A DNA stretch of 64,000 nucleotides from Planctomycetota bacterium (GTDB taxonomy: Bacteria; Planctomycetota; UBA1135). Positions 62,767-64,000 of the stretch are shown in pieces (the stretch's first letter is position 1; the number at the start of each line of letters is the position of its first letter). The translations under genes and the position numbers were made by a program. The notes beneath the pieces are model-generated. The model saw only the letters and a program-made list of their open reading frames with translations. It searched no databases and was not told the DNA's origin. The stretch is from the NCBI GenBank assembly GCA_002705055.1, contig PAHY01000043.1:5832-69831 (forward strand), in the 5' to 3' direction.

Positions 62767-63938
62767 TGAACTCGCATCCTGCCGCCCGATTCGATGACAA
62801 GCCCGGCCGCGAGGTCGAGCTCGACGTCGCGACGCAGGATTGCATGATTCACATGGGGCCGCAGCACCCGGCCACGCACGGCGTGATGCGCGTGCTGCTC
62901 AAGGCCGACGGCGAGATCCTGGCCGGAGCGCAGACCCACCTGGGCTATCTGCACCGCTGCGCCGAGAAGATCGGCGAAAGCGTCGATTGGCTGCAGTACC
63001 TGCCGTACACCGATCGCTACGACTACCTCGCGGCGATGAACAACAACCTCGGCTACAGCCTGGCGGTCGAGAGTCTGCTCGGCGTCGAGGTGCCGGAGCG
63101 CGCGCAGTACCTGCGGGTGATCGTGGCCGAGCTGAATCGCATCGCTTCGCATCTGTTTGCGGTCGGAACTTACGGCCTCGACCTGGGCGCCTTCACGCCG
63201 CTGTTCACGGCGCTGCGCGACCGCGAGGAAGTGCTTGAGCTGTTCGAGAAGATCTGCGGGGCGCGGCTGACTTACAGCTACGTCCGCCCGGGCGGGGTCA
63301 TGAACGACGCGCCCGAAGGCTGGCTTGCTTCGGTCGCGGCCTTCCTCGACGGCTTCGAGAAGACCTGGCACGAGTACTGGACCCTGATCGCCGAGAACAA
63401 GATCTTCATCGAGCGGACGGCCAACATCGGCGTGCTTTCCGCGGAGCAGGCCCTGGCCTGGGGTTGCAGCGGCCCGATGCTGCGCGGCTCCGGCATCGAC
63501 TGGGACCTCCGGCGCGATCAGCCCTACCTGATCTACGACCGCCTCGAGTTCGATGTCATTCAGGGCGTCGGCTACCGCGGCCAGGTGGGCGACTGCTTCG
63601 ACCGCACCTTCGTGCGGATGTTCGAAATGGTCGAGAGTGTGCGAATTCTTCGCCAGTGCCTGGAGCAGATCCCGGACGGCGAGGTCCTTCACGAGGAGGT
63701 CGGCGCGGTCATTCGCCCTGCCCCCGGCGAGAGTTACGTCGCCATCGAGAACCCACGCGGCGAGCTGGGGCACTACTGCGTGTCGGATGGCACGAAGATT
63801 GCGGTGCGGGTGCGGGTTCGCTCGCCCTCCTTCTGCAATATGTCGGTCGCGGAACACCTGATGCCCGGTGCCATGCTGGGCGACGCCGCGGCCATCATTG
63901 GCTCGGTCGACATTGTGGTCGGCGAGACCGACCGTTAA
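62766..63938 (+). CDS. nuoD: NADH-quinone oxidoreductase subunit D.
   Basis: MGPQHPATHGVMRV...RLTYSYVRPGGV...ENPRGELGHY...RVRSPSF. Confidence 0.9.
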   Translation: MNSHPAARFDDKPGREVELDVATQDCMIHMGPQHPATHGVMRVLLKADGEILAGAQTHLGYLHRCAEKIGESVDWLQYLPYTDRYDYLAAMNNNLGYSLAVESLLGVEVPERAQYLRVIVAELNRIASHLFAVGTYGLDLGAFTPLFTALRDREEVLELFEKICGARLTYSYVRPGGVMNDAPEGWLASVAAFLDGFEKTWHEYWTLIAENKIFIERTANIGVLSAEQALAWGCSGPMLRGSGIDWDLRRDQPYLIYDRLEFDVIQGVGYRGQVGDCFDRTFVRMFEMVESVRILRQCLEQIPDGEVLHEEVGAVIRPAPGESYVAIENPRGELGHYCVSDGTKIAVRVRVRSPSFCNMSVAEHLMPGAMLGDAAAIIGSVDIVVGETDR

Positions 63939-63957
63939 CCCCTTCCTCTTCCCCCCG

Positions 63958-64000
63958 ATGTACGAACTGCTGCTGTCCACGGCCATCGCGCTGGCGGTGG
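63958..64000 (+). CDS. 5' end of a hydrophobic membrane protein gene directly after nuoD; possibly nuoH (partial).
   Basis: MYELLLSTAIALAV is strongly hydrophobic and unlike NuoE. Only 14 codons are visible. Confidence 0.3.
   Translation, partial: MYELLLSTAIALAV

Overview
This is a 64-kb window of a very high-GC (roughly 68-70%) bacterial chromosome, densely coded on both strands. Gene content (Tat-signal Gfo/Idh/MocA oxidoreductases, a Cys-type sulfatase plus formylglycine-generating enzyme, DUF1570 and DUF4382 proteins, a PA14/discoidin exoprotein, a membrane Ser/Thr kinase near an ECF sigma factor, many secreted HExxH proteins) is reminiscent of Planctomycetota or Gemmatimonadota; phylum is not resolved. 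The window mixes housekeeping genes (gap-pgk, rpe, accD, tilS, rlmN, ribBA, korAB, nuoABCD) with accessory blocks. Main blocks in order: a divergent HEAT-repeat exoprotein and M1 aminopeptidase; a large secreted HExxH protein with a lipoprotein partner; a GT39(GT-C)/GT2/GT1 glycosylation operon; a sulfated-glycan-type cluster in which the sulfatase is fused to an ApbE flavin-transferase domain and is flanked by inverted paralogous oxidoreductases; a cytochrome b562-family protein; an M12B-like metzincin with an internally duplicated C-terminal domain; an SPFH/RHH/GNAT/MscS block; a membrane Ser/Thr kinase with ECF sigma and exoproteins; a low-GC IS element (zinc-ribbon + DDE transposase) inserted exactly at the CTAG overlap of two convergent genes; a four-gene operon containing a UbiA polyprenyl-phosphate phosphoribosyltransferase-like gene; and korAB immediately followed by nuoABCD and a hydrophobic gene with no nuoEFG. 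The six-frame track contains many long antisense ORFs (Arg/Gly/Ala-rich), typical of high GC, and uses the most upstream ATG/GTG/TTG, so several true starts are internal. One real gene, complement(<1..1967), is absent from the track because its stop lies outside the window.
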